Shown in pieces: positions 27,604 to 36,519 of a stretch of 64,000 bases of DNA. Below the pieces are notes generated by a model. It was given only the letters and a program-made list of their open reading frames with translations, searched no databases and was not told the origin of the DNA. How positions within the stretch are numbered: position 1 is the first letter of the stretch; each line of letters opens with the position of its first letter. The DNA lies in the IMG/VR virus record IMGVR_UViG_3300043539_001111, positions 1 to 64,000 of that record, one strand, 5' to 3'. This DNA comes from an uncultured virus (IMG/VR IMGVR_UViG_3300043539_001111). Lineage: Duplodnaviria; Heunggongvirae; Uroviricota; Caudoviricetes. Position numbers and translations under genes: made by a program.

Positions 27604-27675
27604 ATCCTCGTGGTGAAACGGTAAACACAACAAGTTTAAGCCTTGTAAGCTGCAGGTTCGACTCCTGTCGGGGAT
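27604..27675 (+). tRNA. tRNA-Leu(TAA), short variable region
   Basis: ACAAG-TTTAAGC-CTTGT. Confidence 0.8.
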
Positions 27676-27742
27676 ACTAATATTTACTAATATGAAAAAC
27701 CAACAACCAAACTCCACATAGTTTTAGCAGTTAGCTAAGATT

Positions 27743-27973
27743 ATGACTCAGAAATTGAGAATTTGGAGAGTAGTTCCCGTTTATAACGGTGTTCAGGCTC
27801 CCACTTTTTTCGTAGAAACTACGGAAGAGGGACGTGAGAAGGCAGAGGAATCTGCAATTAAACAAGCACGAATGAAATCGGGCTTAGGAAAGTTCAAACA
27901 ATGGAACTTTAGATTGGAGAAACTCTCTGTGAGGGTTGATAAATTTGGTAGGTATGTGAAACACCACCAATAG
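27743..27973 (+). CDS. hypothetical protein
   Basis: ORF track. Confidence 0.65.
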   Translation: MTQKLRIWRVVPVYNGVQAPTFFVETTEEGREKAEESAIKQARMKSGLGKFKQWNFRLEKLSVRVDKFGRYVKHHQ

Positions 27974-28012
27974 TTATTCAAGTGTTTATGGGTACACTAA
28001 AAACCCATAATT

Positions 28013-28087
28013 GGCCTCTTAACTCAGTCCGGTAAGAGTAGCTCGCTCATAACGAGAAGGTCACAGGTTCAAATCCTGTAGGGGCCA
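28013..28087 (+). tRNA. tRNA(CAT): Ile2 (lysidine) or elongator Met
   Basis: CTCG-CTCATAA-CGAG. Confidence 0.85.
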
Positions 28088-28091
28088 CAAC

Positions 28092-28122
28092 AACCTTCAA
28101 GGAAACTTGGGGGTTTTTTATT
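28092..28122 (+). terminator. terminator ending tRNA array 2
   Basis: AACCTTCAAG-GAAA-CTTGGGGGTT plus T tract. Confidence 0.8.
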
Positions 28123-28259
28123 TACAACAAAACAAATCATCCTTATATTTATTAATGAAACCTTGTTGCTGAGGTTCTCGTGTCCACAGAGGCATTTGAG
28201 TTGGAATTGATACCAACGAAGAGAAGTTCAATAAACATAAAAAATAAAATAAGGAAATT

Positions 28260-29132
28260 ATGTATTACCAAACAAAAACAGGTATGCCTTGTGCGTACAT
28301 CACAAAAGACAAAAAACGTCTTAAACAATTTGGACAAACTGTCTATCTTAAAAATGGGGATGAATTCGAACTAGAATTATTTAACCCAACATCAAACACA
28401 ATATTAGCAAAAATAAAACTTGACGGAAATTATATTGCCGGAGGAGGAATTGTACTTAAACCAGGACAACGTGTATATCTTGAGAGATATCTTAATGAAG
28501 CTCGTAAGTTTAAGTTTGAAACTTATGAGGTTGACGGAACATCAAACGAGGTATTGGACGCCATCGCCGGAAATGGGGATGTTGTTATTGACTTCTTTGA
28601 TGAATATAAACAACCGGTGTGGAATAACCCAATAACGTATTATGGTGGTTCATTTGGGGGCCCAAATTATGTTTCAGGGAATCCGTCATTTACTACTAAC
28701 ACAAATTATGTAAATGGTATTACAACAACCACAAATGGTAATGTATCATTTACATCATCAAGTAATACTGCGGGAGTTAATTTTAATACTACTTCAATAA
28801 GTAATACCTTTGCAGGACCAAACTTAAGAAGTGCGACTTCAAGATTAAAAAAATCTAAACCTAATTCTCGTAGTGAGGTTACTATGGATATGTTATCTAT
28901 GGACTCTATTGAAACCGGTAGAGTTGAAAAGGGGGGTTCATCTGACCAATCATTTCAAACAGTGAATAAAACTTTTAATCATCACACTTGTGCAAGTTCT
29001 GTATGGAAGATTCTACCTATGTCACAAAAGGTATATGAAAAACAAGACTTAAAAGTGTATTGTACTAACTGTGGAAAAAAAAGAAAAAAGGATTCCGATA
29101 AATTTTGTTCTTCTTGTGGGAACAAATTCTAA
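28260..29132 (+). CDS. hypothetical protein with C-terminal zinc ribbon
   Basis: YCTNCGKK..KFCSSCGNKF. Confidence 0.75.
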   Translation: MYYQTKTGMPCAYITKDKKRLKQFGQTVYLKNGDEFELELFNPTSNTILAKIKLDGNYIAGGGIVLKPGQRVYLERYLNEARKFKFETYEVDGTSNEVLDAIAGNGDVVIDFFDEYKQPVWNNPITYYGGSFGGPNYVSGNPSFTTNTNYVNGITTTTNGNVSFTSSSNTAGVNFNTTSISNTFAGPNLRSATSRLKKSKPNSRSEVTMDMLSMDSIETGRVEKGGSSDQSFQTVNKTFNHHTCASSVWKILPMSQKVYEKQDLKVYCTNCGKKRKKDSDKFCSSCGNKF

Positions 29133-29235
29133 AAAATAAACAAATAACAAGGTTTCAAATTAAATCCATCATTTTTTCGTGATGGATTTTTTTATATTAA
29201 AAATTTGACTATCTTTGTAAAAAAATATATAAAGT

Positions 29236-29709
29236 ATGAAAAGGATTTTTATTGATATGGATGGTGTGTTGGTCGATTTAGGTGCGGAATTCGATAAATG
29301 GTTCGATGAACATCCAAATTTAGTTCACAAGTATAAACATAGTCCAGACCATATTCCGGGTATTTTTAGAGACCCTAAACCATATGATGGTGCTATTGAA
29401 GCAATCAATAAGTTGGTTGAGAGTGGTAAGTATGAATTATTAATTGCTACTGCATCACCTTGGGGTAACCCATATGCCTCAACAGATAAGAGGTATTGGA
29501 TTGAAAAATATTTTGGTAGGTTGTTTCATAAGAAAATGGTAATAACTCACCGAAAAGATTTATTACTTGGTGATTATTTAATTGATGACAGAACGGCAAA
29601 TGGTGCCGGAGAGTTTACCGGTGAATTAATTCATTTCGGTTGGAATTATGAGAAAAAAGTTTGGAATGAATATCCTGATTGGGATAGTGTATTAAAAAAA
29701 TTATTATAA
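29236..29709 (+). CDS. 5'(3')-deoxyribonucleotidase (NT5C-like HAD)
   Basis: IFIDMDGVL, ATASPW, GDYLIDD. Confidence 0.85.
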   Translation: MKRIFIDMDGVLVDLGAEFDKWFDEHPNLVHKYKHSPDHIPGIFRDPKPYDGAIEAINKLVESGKYELLIATASPWGNPYASTDKRYWIEKYFGRLFHKKMVITHRKDLLLGDYLIDDRTANGAGEFTGELIHFGWNYEKKVWNEYPDWDSVLKKLL

Positions 29710-29710
29710 A

Positions 29711-30181
29711 ATGGAAAATAATGTAAAACCACCTTACCGTATCTATTTAGATGACGTAAGAACTCCAACGGGAGATAATTGGATTGTTGTAAGAAATTAC
29801 GATGAATTTGTTAGTGAAGTAAATAAAGTTGGGTTAGAAAATATTGATATAATATCTTTGGACCACGATTTGGGTGATACTGCAATGAAAGAGTATTTTG
29901 ATAATGTTTCTCCAAACTATACTTTGGATTATAACAATATTGAAGAAAAAACAGGATATGACGCTGCTAAATTCTTGGTTGCATTATTTCACAATACTAA
30001 TGAAGCTCGTTTTAATATGAGTAGAAGTGATAGAAAGGCGAATAAATTTGTATTTCCAATTGTATATGTTCATTCTGCAAACCCTATTGGGAGTGCGAAC
30101 ATTATGGGATATTTGAACAATTTTTATATGAACGAGGGTCAAGCACAAACTTGTGTTAGAGTCAGAATACCACACGTATAA
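29711..30181 (+). CDS. cyclic-phosphate-processing receiver-like domain protein
   Basis: IYLDDVR, ISLDHDLG, TGYD, VHSANPIG. Confidence 0.8.
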   Translation: MENNVKPPYRIYLDDVRTPTGDNWIVVRNYDEFVSEVNKVGLENIDIISLDHDLGDTAMKEYFDNVSPNYTLDYNNIEEKTGYDAAKFLVALFHNTNEARFNMSRSDRKANKFVFPIVYVHSANPIGSANIMGYLNNFYMNEGQAQTCVRVRIPHV

Positions 30182-30669
30182 TGAATATATTTTTCTTAGA
30201 TGAGAATCCTATATTGTCGGCACAATACCACGTAGATAAACACGTAGTGAAAATGATATTGGAAACTGCTCAGTTATTATGTTCGGTTCATCACGTAACC
30301 GACCAAGATACCGACCAAGTACCGTACAAGTTGTCACATAAGAATCACCCTTGTGCGGTATGGGCTCGTCAGAGTTTATCAAATTATTTGTACTTGTGTG
30401 AATTGGGATTGGAGTTGGGAAAAGAATATACCCACAGGTATGGTAAAAGACACAAATCAATAGATGTGATTAATTGGTGTATTATTAATAAACCAAACAT
30501 CCCGGACATTGGTTTCACTACTCCGGCGATGGCGATGCCGGATGAGTTTAAGGTAGATTCTGTTGTGGAATCTTATAGAAATTATTACATGGGTGCTAAA
30601 ATTAGTTTGGCGTCTTGGAAAAACAGAGAAAAACCTAAATGGTTTAATTATGAAAAAGAGTTAGTATGA
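30181..30669 (+). CDS. pyrimidine-dimer glycosylase/DenV-like protein
   Basis: MNIFFLD..AQYHVDKHVVKMILETAQLL..HKNHPCAVW. Confidence 0.75.
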   Translation: MNIFFLDENPILSAQYHVDKHVVKMILETAQLLCSVHHVTDQDTDQVPYKLSHKNHPCAVWARQSLSNYLYLCELGLELGKEYTHRYGKRHKSIDVINWCIINKPNIPDIGFTTPAMAMPDEFKVDSVVESYRNYYMGAKISLASWKNREKPKWFNYEKELV

Positions 30670-31358
30670 AGATTATAGTTTTAGGAGATGGTATATTAGG
30701 TGGTGAAATTATAAAACAAACTGGGTGGGATTATATTTCACGTAAGAAAGATAACATAAACCTTGATGATTTTGACAAATGGATGTTTAAGTTAGACAAA
30801 TATGATGTTATAGTTAATTGTATTGCAAATACTAACACATATTCGGATGATAAAGAATTACATATAAAGATAAATTATCATTTTGTAAAACATTTAGTTA
30901 ACTATTGTAATCAGATGGGTAAAAAGTTAGTTCACATATCTACTGACTATATTTATGCGAATTCTGACAATGAACGAAAAGAAAGTGACGTTCCCGTACA
31001 CCATTCAAGTTGGTATGGGTATAGTAAATTAATTGGTGACGCACATGTCGAATTAGAATGTGATAAATTTTTAATTTGTCGTTTATCTCATAAACCTTTC
31101 CCTTTTCAATATGATAGAGCTTGGACCGATGTTATCACAAATGCCGACTATACCCCTAAAATTGTTGATTTATTAGTTAAATTAATAAACAAAAATGTTG
31201 AAGGGGTTTTTAATATTGGTACAGATAAAAAAACTATATATGAGTTAGCATCACAAACAAAAAAGGTTGAGAAAATATTGTCACCTGAAAAAACACCAAA
31301 AAATGTTACAATGGATTTAAATAAGTTATTAAATTTTGTATATTTGCAGTATGATTAA
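30666..31358 (+). CDS. RmlD-like NAD(P)-dependent sugar reductase
   Basis: GDGILG, HISTDY, YGYSK. Confidence 0.8.
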   Translation: MKIIVLGDGILGGEIIKQTGWDYISRKKDNINLDDFDKWMFKLDKYDVIVNCIANTNTYSDDKELHIKINYHFVKHLVNYCNQMGKKLVHISTDYIYANSDNERKESDVPVHHSSWYGYSKLIGDAHVELECDKFLICRLSHKPFPFQYDRAWTDVITNADYTPKIVDLLVKLINKNVEGVFNIGTDKKTIYELASQTKKVEKILSPEKTPKNVTMDLNKLLNFVYLQYD

Positions 31359-32013
31359 GATAGATAAAGATAGAAAGGTATGGATAACTTCCGACACACA
31401 CTTTGGACATAAAAATATATGTCGTGGTGTGACTGCGTGGAGATTACCTGATGGGGGTATTCCAATTGCTCAAACTAGAGATTTTGATTCAATTAGTGAG
31501 ATGAATGATATGATTGTAAACAACATTAATAGTGTTGTTGGTCAAGATGATGTTTTGATTCACTTGGGAGATTGGAGTTTTGGGGGATTTGAAAATATCA
31601 AAAATTTTAGAGATAGAATTGTGTGTAAAGAGATTCACCTTATATTAGGTAATCACGACCATCACATTGAAAACAACCGAGAGGATTGTCAGGAAATGTT
31701 TGCAAGTGTTAATCACTACACAAAATTAATGTATAAGTTTGAGACATTGGTTTTAATGCACTATCCAATTGATTCTTGGGATGGGTTAAACAAAGGACAC
31801 ATCCACTTACACGGACACTGTCACTTACCTCAAACAAAAATTTTTGGTAAAGGCCGTAGAATGGATGTAGGAATGGATGGTAGTTTGTTCTTTTCACCAT
31901 ACGATTTAAGTAACGTAATTAAGATTGTTAAGGAAAGAGAGATTCGTTCAAATATGGATGGTGACCACCACACAGATGAGGTAATAACTGAAGATGGTAA
32001 AAAAAGAAAGTGA
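31351..32013 (+). CDS. calcineurin-like metallophosphoesterase
   Basis: SDTHFGH, HLGD, GNHD, HGHCH. Confidence 0.9.
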   Translation: MIKIDKDRKVWITSDTHFGHKNICRGVTAWRLPDGGIPIAQTRDFDSISEMNDMIVNNINSVVGQDDVLIHLGDWSFGGFENIKNFRDRIVCKEIHLILGNHDHHIENNREDCQEMFASVNHYTKLMYKFETLVLMHYPIDSWDGLNKGHIHLHGHCHLPQTKIFGKGRRMDVGMDGSLFFSPYDLSNVIKIVKEREIRSNMDGDHHTDEVITEDGKKRK

Positions 32014-32014
32014 T

Positions 32015-32305
32015 ATGAGAGTTAAAGAAACAAAAACAGATTTATTCATATGTTCCTGTCATAGTACAGAACATCAAATGGTTGTATTATATTCTGAAGA
32101 CGAAATTGATGGTATGACATATCCTATGGTTTATATTCACACACATCTTAATAAAAGACCATTTTGGCAAAGAGTTGGTTATGGATTAAGATATATTTTT
32201 GGGAGACAATGTAGATATGGTGCCTTTGATGAATTCATAATTAAATCGGAGGATGTTAAAGGTCTTGAAAAAATTATTAAACATTTAAAAGAATGTGAGG
32301 TATGA
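32015..32305 (+). CDS. hypothetical protein
   Basis: ORF. Confidence 0.65.
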   Translation: MRVKETKTDLFICSCHSTEHQMVVLYSEDEIDGMTYPMVYIHTHLNKRPFWQRVGYGLRYIFGRQCRYGAFDEFIIKSEDVKGLEKIIKHLKECEV

Positions 32306-32511
32306 TAAAAAATTTAATAATATTATTTTTATTTTTCACTTTGGTGTCTTGTGAAGCTGAAAAAAGAATTTATGAACATTCATATACTGATGAATGGTAT
32401 TATATTGACACGATGAGATTTCAGGTTTACAAAACCAAATCAGGTAAAAGATATATCCTTGTGTTAAATGAACAACAAACAAAATATAAACGACAATACA
32501 TAAAATTATGA
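32302..32511 (+). CDS. small putative lipoprotein
   Basis: lipobox LVSC. Confidence 0.65.
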   Translation: MIKNLIILFLFFTLVSCEAEKRIYEHSYTDEWYYIDTMRFQVYKTKSGKRYILVLNEQQTKYKRQYIKL

Positions 32512-32906
32512 AAGAATTATTTTTATTAAGAGGATTACCGGGAAGTGGTAAATCAACATTGGCAAAATCAATCGGTGGTGTTCATTACGAAGCCGATATG
32601 TATTTTATGAAAGATGGTGAGTATCAATTTGACATTACAGGATTAAGAGATGCTCATAGTTGGTGTCAGACACAAGTTAGTAATGCAATGCTTTTAAATT
32701 ACTCGGCAAATATTAATGAACGAATTGTAGTTTCAAACACATTCACACAAGAGTGGGAAATGACACCTTATTTTGAATTAGCGGAAAAATATGGATACAG
32801 AGTTCATTCACTTATCGTAGAAAACAGACACGGAGGTGTTAATGAACACGGGGTTCCGGAAGATAAATTGGGGTTAATGAAAAAACGTTTCGAGGTGAAA
32901 CTTTAA
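32508..32906 (+). CDS. P-loop kinase (AAA_33/polynucleotide-kinase-like)
   Basis: LLRGLPGSGKST, IVVSNTF, HGVP. Confidence 0.85.
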   Translation: MKELFLLRGLPGSGKSTLAKSIGGVHYEADMYFMKDGEYQFDITGLRDAHSWCQTQVSNAMLLNYSANINERIVVSNTFTQEWEMTPYFELAEKYGYRVHSLIVENRHGGVNEHGVPEDKLGLMKKRFEVKL

Positions 32907-32917
32907 TTGAAAAAATT

Positions 32918-33943
32918 ATGTTAGAAAAACTAAACAAATATTACGAAGACGGATTACTTTACAAACAAGTACATCCAACACTTCCATTAACCATATGGAA
33001 CTACACTGAAAAAGTTCAGTTCGAGAACCTATGGGATGAGGTGACCCTGATGTGTAGAGGTTTAGTTACCGATAACGAAGGGAATATGGTTGCAATACCA
33101 TTCCAAAAATTCTTTAATATAGAAGAAGGTAAATTTACCCCAACTGAAAACTTTGAAGTATTTGAAAAAATGGATGGTTCATTAGGGATTGTGTTTTGGT
33201 ATCAAGGTCAATGGGTGGTAGCCACTCGTGGTTCATTCACTTCTGACCAAGCAATCAAGGCGACAGAAATCCTTAAAAAATATAACAAAGATATTATGTT
33301 TAGACATTTGACTTTTTGTTTTGAAATTATCTATCCGGAGAACAGAATTGTTTTGGATTATGGTGATGATGAGAAACTAATTCTATTGGGGACATTTGAT
33401 AAGAACGGGAAAGAAACCGATTCTGAGATTTGGTCACAATGGGGGTTTGATGTGGTTAAAAAATATGATGGTATTAAGGATTTTAATCAACTTAAATCCA
33501 TGATTAAAGATGACCAAGAAGGATTTGTGGTAAAGTTCTCTAATGGAGATAGAATCAAAGTTAAAGGGGTTGAATATCTACGTCTTCACAAAATTATGAC
33601 TAATGTTACCACAACCGGTATTTGGGAATATCTTAAAAATGGTGAGGATGTCATGGAACTATTAAAAGATGTTCCGGATGAATTTTACAAAAAAATTCAA
33701 AACTATGTTAAAGATTTGAGATATTCTTACTTCCAAATATCTGAAGATGCAGGTAAAAAGTTTGATTATATGATGTATGGGAAATATAACGACAAAGAAC
33801 CTATCACAGATAGAAAAGAGTTTGCTGAGTGGGTATCAACCCAACCAAAACATTTGTCAGGGATTCTATTTAGAATGTTAGATAAAAAAGATTACTCTGA
33901 AATCATATGGAACCTAATCAGACCTGAATTTAAAAAATTGTAA
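32918..33943 (+). CDS. T4 Rnl1-like RNA ligase
   Basis: CRGLV, KFFN, EKMDGSL, EGFVV, KVKG. Confidence 0.9.
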   Translation: MLEKLNKYYEDGLLYKQVHPTLPLTIWNYTEKVQFENLWDEVTLMCRGLVTDNEGNMVAIPFQKFFNIEEGKFTPTENFEVFEKMDGSLGIVFWYQGQWVVATRGSFTSDQAIKATEILKKYNKDIMFRHLTFCFEIIYPENRIVLDYGDDEKLILLGTFDKNGKETDSEIWSQWGFDVVKKYDGIKDFNQLKSMIKDDQEGFVVKFSNGDRIKVKGVEYLRLHKIMTNVTTTGIWEYLKNGEDVMELLKDVPDEFYKKIQNYVKDLRYSYFQISEDAGKKFDYMMYGKYNDKEPITDRKEFAEWVSTQPKHLSGILFRMLDKKDYSEIIWNLIRPEFKKL

Positions 33944-34017
33944 AAAAGTGGGACATTAGTTCCACTTTTTTTATTTAATTACTATTTATAAGTTATATAA
34001 AACATTAAGTTAAAATT

Positions 34018-34623
34018 ATGAGTGTATCTATAATAGTAGCGTTTATCACGGGGGTTTTAGGTCCTATTCTATTATTATTCATTAAGAATAAATTAGAAAA
34101 AAAAGCAGAAAAACCGGATATGGTATTGGAAACGTTAAAAGTCAGTGAGCTTGTAATGACCAAATTAGACCATATAAAGGAAGAATATAAAGGAGATAGA
34201 GTATGGGTTGCACAATTCCACAATGGAGGTAATTTCTATCCAACCGGAAAATCAATGGCAAAGTTCAGTATTATATATGAATCTGTTGCTCCGTCAGTAT
34301 CATCAATACAAGGAAATTTTCACAATATACCTGTTAATTTATTTAGCCGTTCAATTAATCAATTATTAGAACATGATACAATTGAAATTCCTGATTTTAA
34401 AGATGATACAGTAGCGACTTTTGGTTTAAAATATATTGCAGAAGATACCGGATGTAAATCAGGATATCTTTTTGCGATAAAATGTATTGAAGGTAGATTT
34501 ATTGGAATGTTAGGAATTGATTATACCAAGAAAAAAACAAAATTAAACGAAGAAACTGTAACTCAATTATTGGTTCAGTCAACATCAATTGGTGGTGTGT
34601 TAATGAACCACTTACAACAATAA
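34018..34623 (+). CDS. N-terminal TM + GAF-like domain (T4 T holin-like)
   Basis: single TM, DRVWVAQFHNGG, IGMLGIDY. Confidence 0.6.
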   Translation: MSVSIIVAFITGVLGPILLLFIKNKLEKKAEKPDMVLETLKVSELVMTKLDHIKEEYKGDRVWVAQFHNGGNFYPTGKSMAKFSIIYESVAPSVSSIQGNFHNIPVNLFSRSINQLLEHDTIEIPDFKDDTVATFGLKYIAEDTGCKSGYLFAIKCIEGRFIGMLGIDYTKKKTKLNEETVTQLLVQSTSIGGVLMNHLQQ

Positions 34624-34624
34624 T

Positions 34625-35233
34625 ATGAAAAAATTAATACAATTATTAGAAGCGAATATTCAGATATCATCTTTGAGTTGTGGAAACGTTAAAGTAGATA
34701 ATGATAGTTCAAGTGATAAAGTTAATGAAAATTTATTGAAGGATATTTGTAAAGCGGCTAAAAATGCTAATGTTAGGGTTACTATAACTACAGCAATTTC
34801 AGGTCATAGTGCGGAAACGGCATCAGGAAACGCAAGTAGACATCCATCAGGTAATGCTGTCGATATTAGTTTAGTTAATGAAACTCCGGTTAAAACTCCA
34901 TCAAATAGAGGTAATGTTGATAATTTTGTTAATCAATTAGAAATATTAGGATATACTAAAAATTCAGAATCAGGAAATCCTAAATCAGTTTTAACGTTTG
35001 GTTTTCCGGGTCATGATAATCATGTTCATGTCTCAAATACTGAACAAACTTCAACAACATCATCTAGTGGTACAACATCGACTAGTGGGGCTACAGCAAC
35101 AGGAGATAGTCCTGAATCTATAAGTACAAATATTTTAAATAGTTTTATTGGGGATACGTTTGGTAAAGCTTTAGGATTAAAAGAACAACGAGTAAATAAG
35201 GAAATAGATAAAATTAGAAACTTATTAAAATAA
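34625..35233 (+). CDS. M15-like zinc peptidase (candidate peptidoglycan hydrolase)
   Basis: SRHPSGNAVDI ... HDNHVHVS. Confidence 0.65.
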   Translation: MKKLIQLLEANIQISSLSCGNVKVDNDSSSDKVNENLLKDICKAAKNANVRVTITTAISGHSAETASGNASRHPSGNAVDISLVNETPVKTPSNRGNVDNFVNQLEILGYTKNSESGNPKSVLTFGFPGHDNHVHVSNTEQTSTTSSSGTTSTSGATATGDSPESISTNILNSFIGDTFGKALGLKEQRVNKEIDKIRNLLK

Positions 35234-35270
35234 AAAAACCCCTCCGTTAAGAGGGGTTTTTTGTTTTAGA

Positions 35271-35444
35271 TTACTTCACTTGAGTAGTATCTACTTGTGT
35301 AGTGTCTACGGCTGTTGTATCTACTGATACTGAATCAACCGCTGTTGTATCAACAGATGTTGTTGATTCTTCTGTGTTTACTTGTTTGCAAGATGTTAAT
35401 GATAACGTTGCGATAACTGTAAGAGCTAATAATACTTTTTTCAT
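35271..35444 (-). CDS. 57-aa lipoprotein with repeated D-(S/T) motifs (not in ORF track)
   Basis: MKKVLLALTVIATLSLTSC-KQVNTEESTTSVDTTAVDSVSVDTTAVDTTQVDTTQVK*. Confidence 0.8.
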   Translation of the reverse strand: MKKVLLALTVIATLSLTSCKQVNTEESTTSVDTTAVDSVSVDTTAVDTTQVDTTQVK

Positions 35445-35629
35445 AATACTTTTGTTTTAATTAAATTTTAAGTTCGTTAAATAAATAGGTTATTAAAACC
35501 ACGAAGTCAAACATTATATTAAAAAAATTCACTTAATCGTTATAGTAAAAAATTTTTAAAAATATTTTTAGATAATGTTTGGTGGAAAGAAAAAAAGTAT
35601 TATCTTTGTACTCACAAAACGGATAAGAT

Positions 35630-35884
35630 ATGACTAAAGAGAAATTGTATAGAAGTGTTAATGGTGAATACCTATATTTGTTTAATTGGATTGGTGGTGG
35701 TTTTAATGATGTGTGGGCTCCAAGTAAAAGAGAGGCGTATGCTCGTGTAATGAGAGAACAAAAGGAACACGAGAAGAAATATCCTACTCACGTTAAGTTG
35801 AGACCTGATTACAAGTCCATGAGAAAATGTACTTATTCTCAGTATCAAGCACAAAACCGAATGGGTTGGATGATGAGTTGTTAA
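35630..35884 (+). CDS. hypothetical protein
   Basis: ORF after TTTG..TATCTTTG promoter. Confidence 0.7.
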   Translation: MTKEKLYRSVNGEYLYLFNWIGGGFNDVWAPSKREAYARVMREQKEHEKKYPTHVKLRPDYKSMRKCTYSQYQAQNRMGWMMSC

Positions 35885-36039
35885 AAACTACTTGAGTAAG
35901 TGGGAGTGGTCAATCAACAACCCAAAGAAGTTTCAGGTAAAACTATATTTAAAAGAGGACGGCCGAGCCTATAATAGAGTAAGTAGGAAGTTAGTGTTTT
36001 TTAGGAGGATTGAATCAGTTTTTAACATTAACGAAACAT

Positions 36040-36141
36040 AGTCAGGAGACCATTGGTTGGTATCACCTCCCCAAGGTTGAGTAACGGTAAGGCCGACTCT
36101 TTATGGTAAAGACGGAACAGGTTCGAATCCTGTCCTGACTA
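36040..36141 (+). ncRNA. tRNA-like RNA, no clear anticodon
   Basis: acceptor AGTCAGG/CCTGACT, T arm ACAGG-TTCGAAT-CCTGT, extra hairpins. Confidence 0.55.
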
Positions 36142-36232
36142 CAAAAAAAAATTAAAAAAAAGTTTGACAGATAAAAATAAATGTCTTATCTTTGTACAAG
36201 AAATAAAGTTCATAAAAATATTGAAAGATTAG

Positions 36233-36305
36233 TGTGGGTGTCGTGTCGAGGTTTCAAATCCCTCCGGATTTATCCGTAGCTCAGATGGTAGAGCATACAC
36301 CCACA
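36233..36305 (+). ncRNA. circularly permuted tRNA mimic (YrlA/Y RNA-like module)
   Basis: outer stem, then T arm, closed acceptor hairpin, D arm TAGCTCAGATGGTAGAGC. Confidence 0.65.
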
Positions 36306-36317
36306 TTTTTTTTACAT

Positions 36318-36408
36318 GGTATTGTAGCTCAGTGGAAGATTTATCTTCCTTGGTAGAGCAAGAGTAACGAAAGACTCTGTGCCGCAGGTTCGAACCCCGC
36401 CGATACCA
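36318..36408 (+). ncRNA. tRNA-like RNA with D-loop hairpin insertion and 8-nt anticodon loop
   Basis: GGTATTG/CGATACC acceptor; AGAGT-AACGAAAG-ACTCT. Confidence 0.6.
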
Positions 36409-36519
36409 CAAATAAAAAAAAATTAAAAAAAAGTTTTATAAAGTGCTTGACAAATGAAAAAAATCACTTATCTTTGTAAAACAATTGAGGGAAACCTTAA
36501 ACGTTCTTAGAAATTTTAG

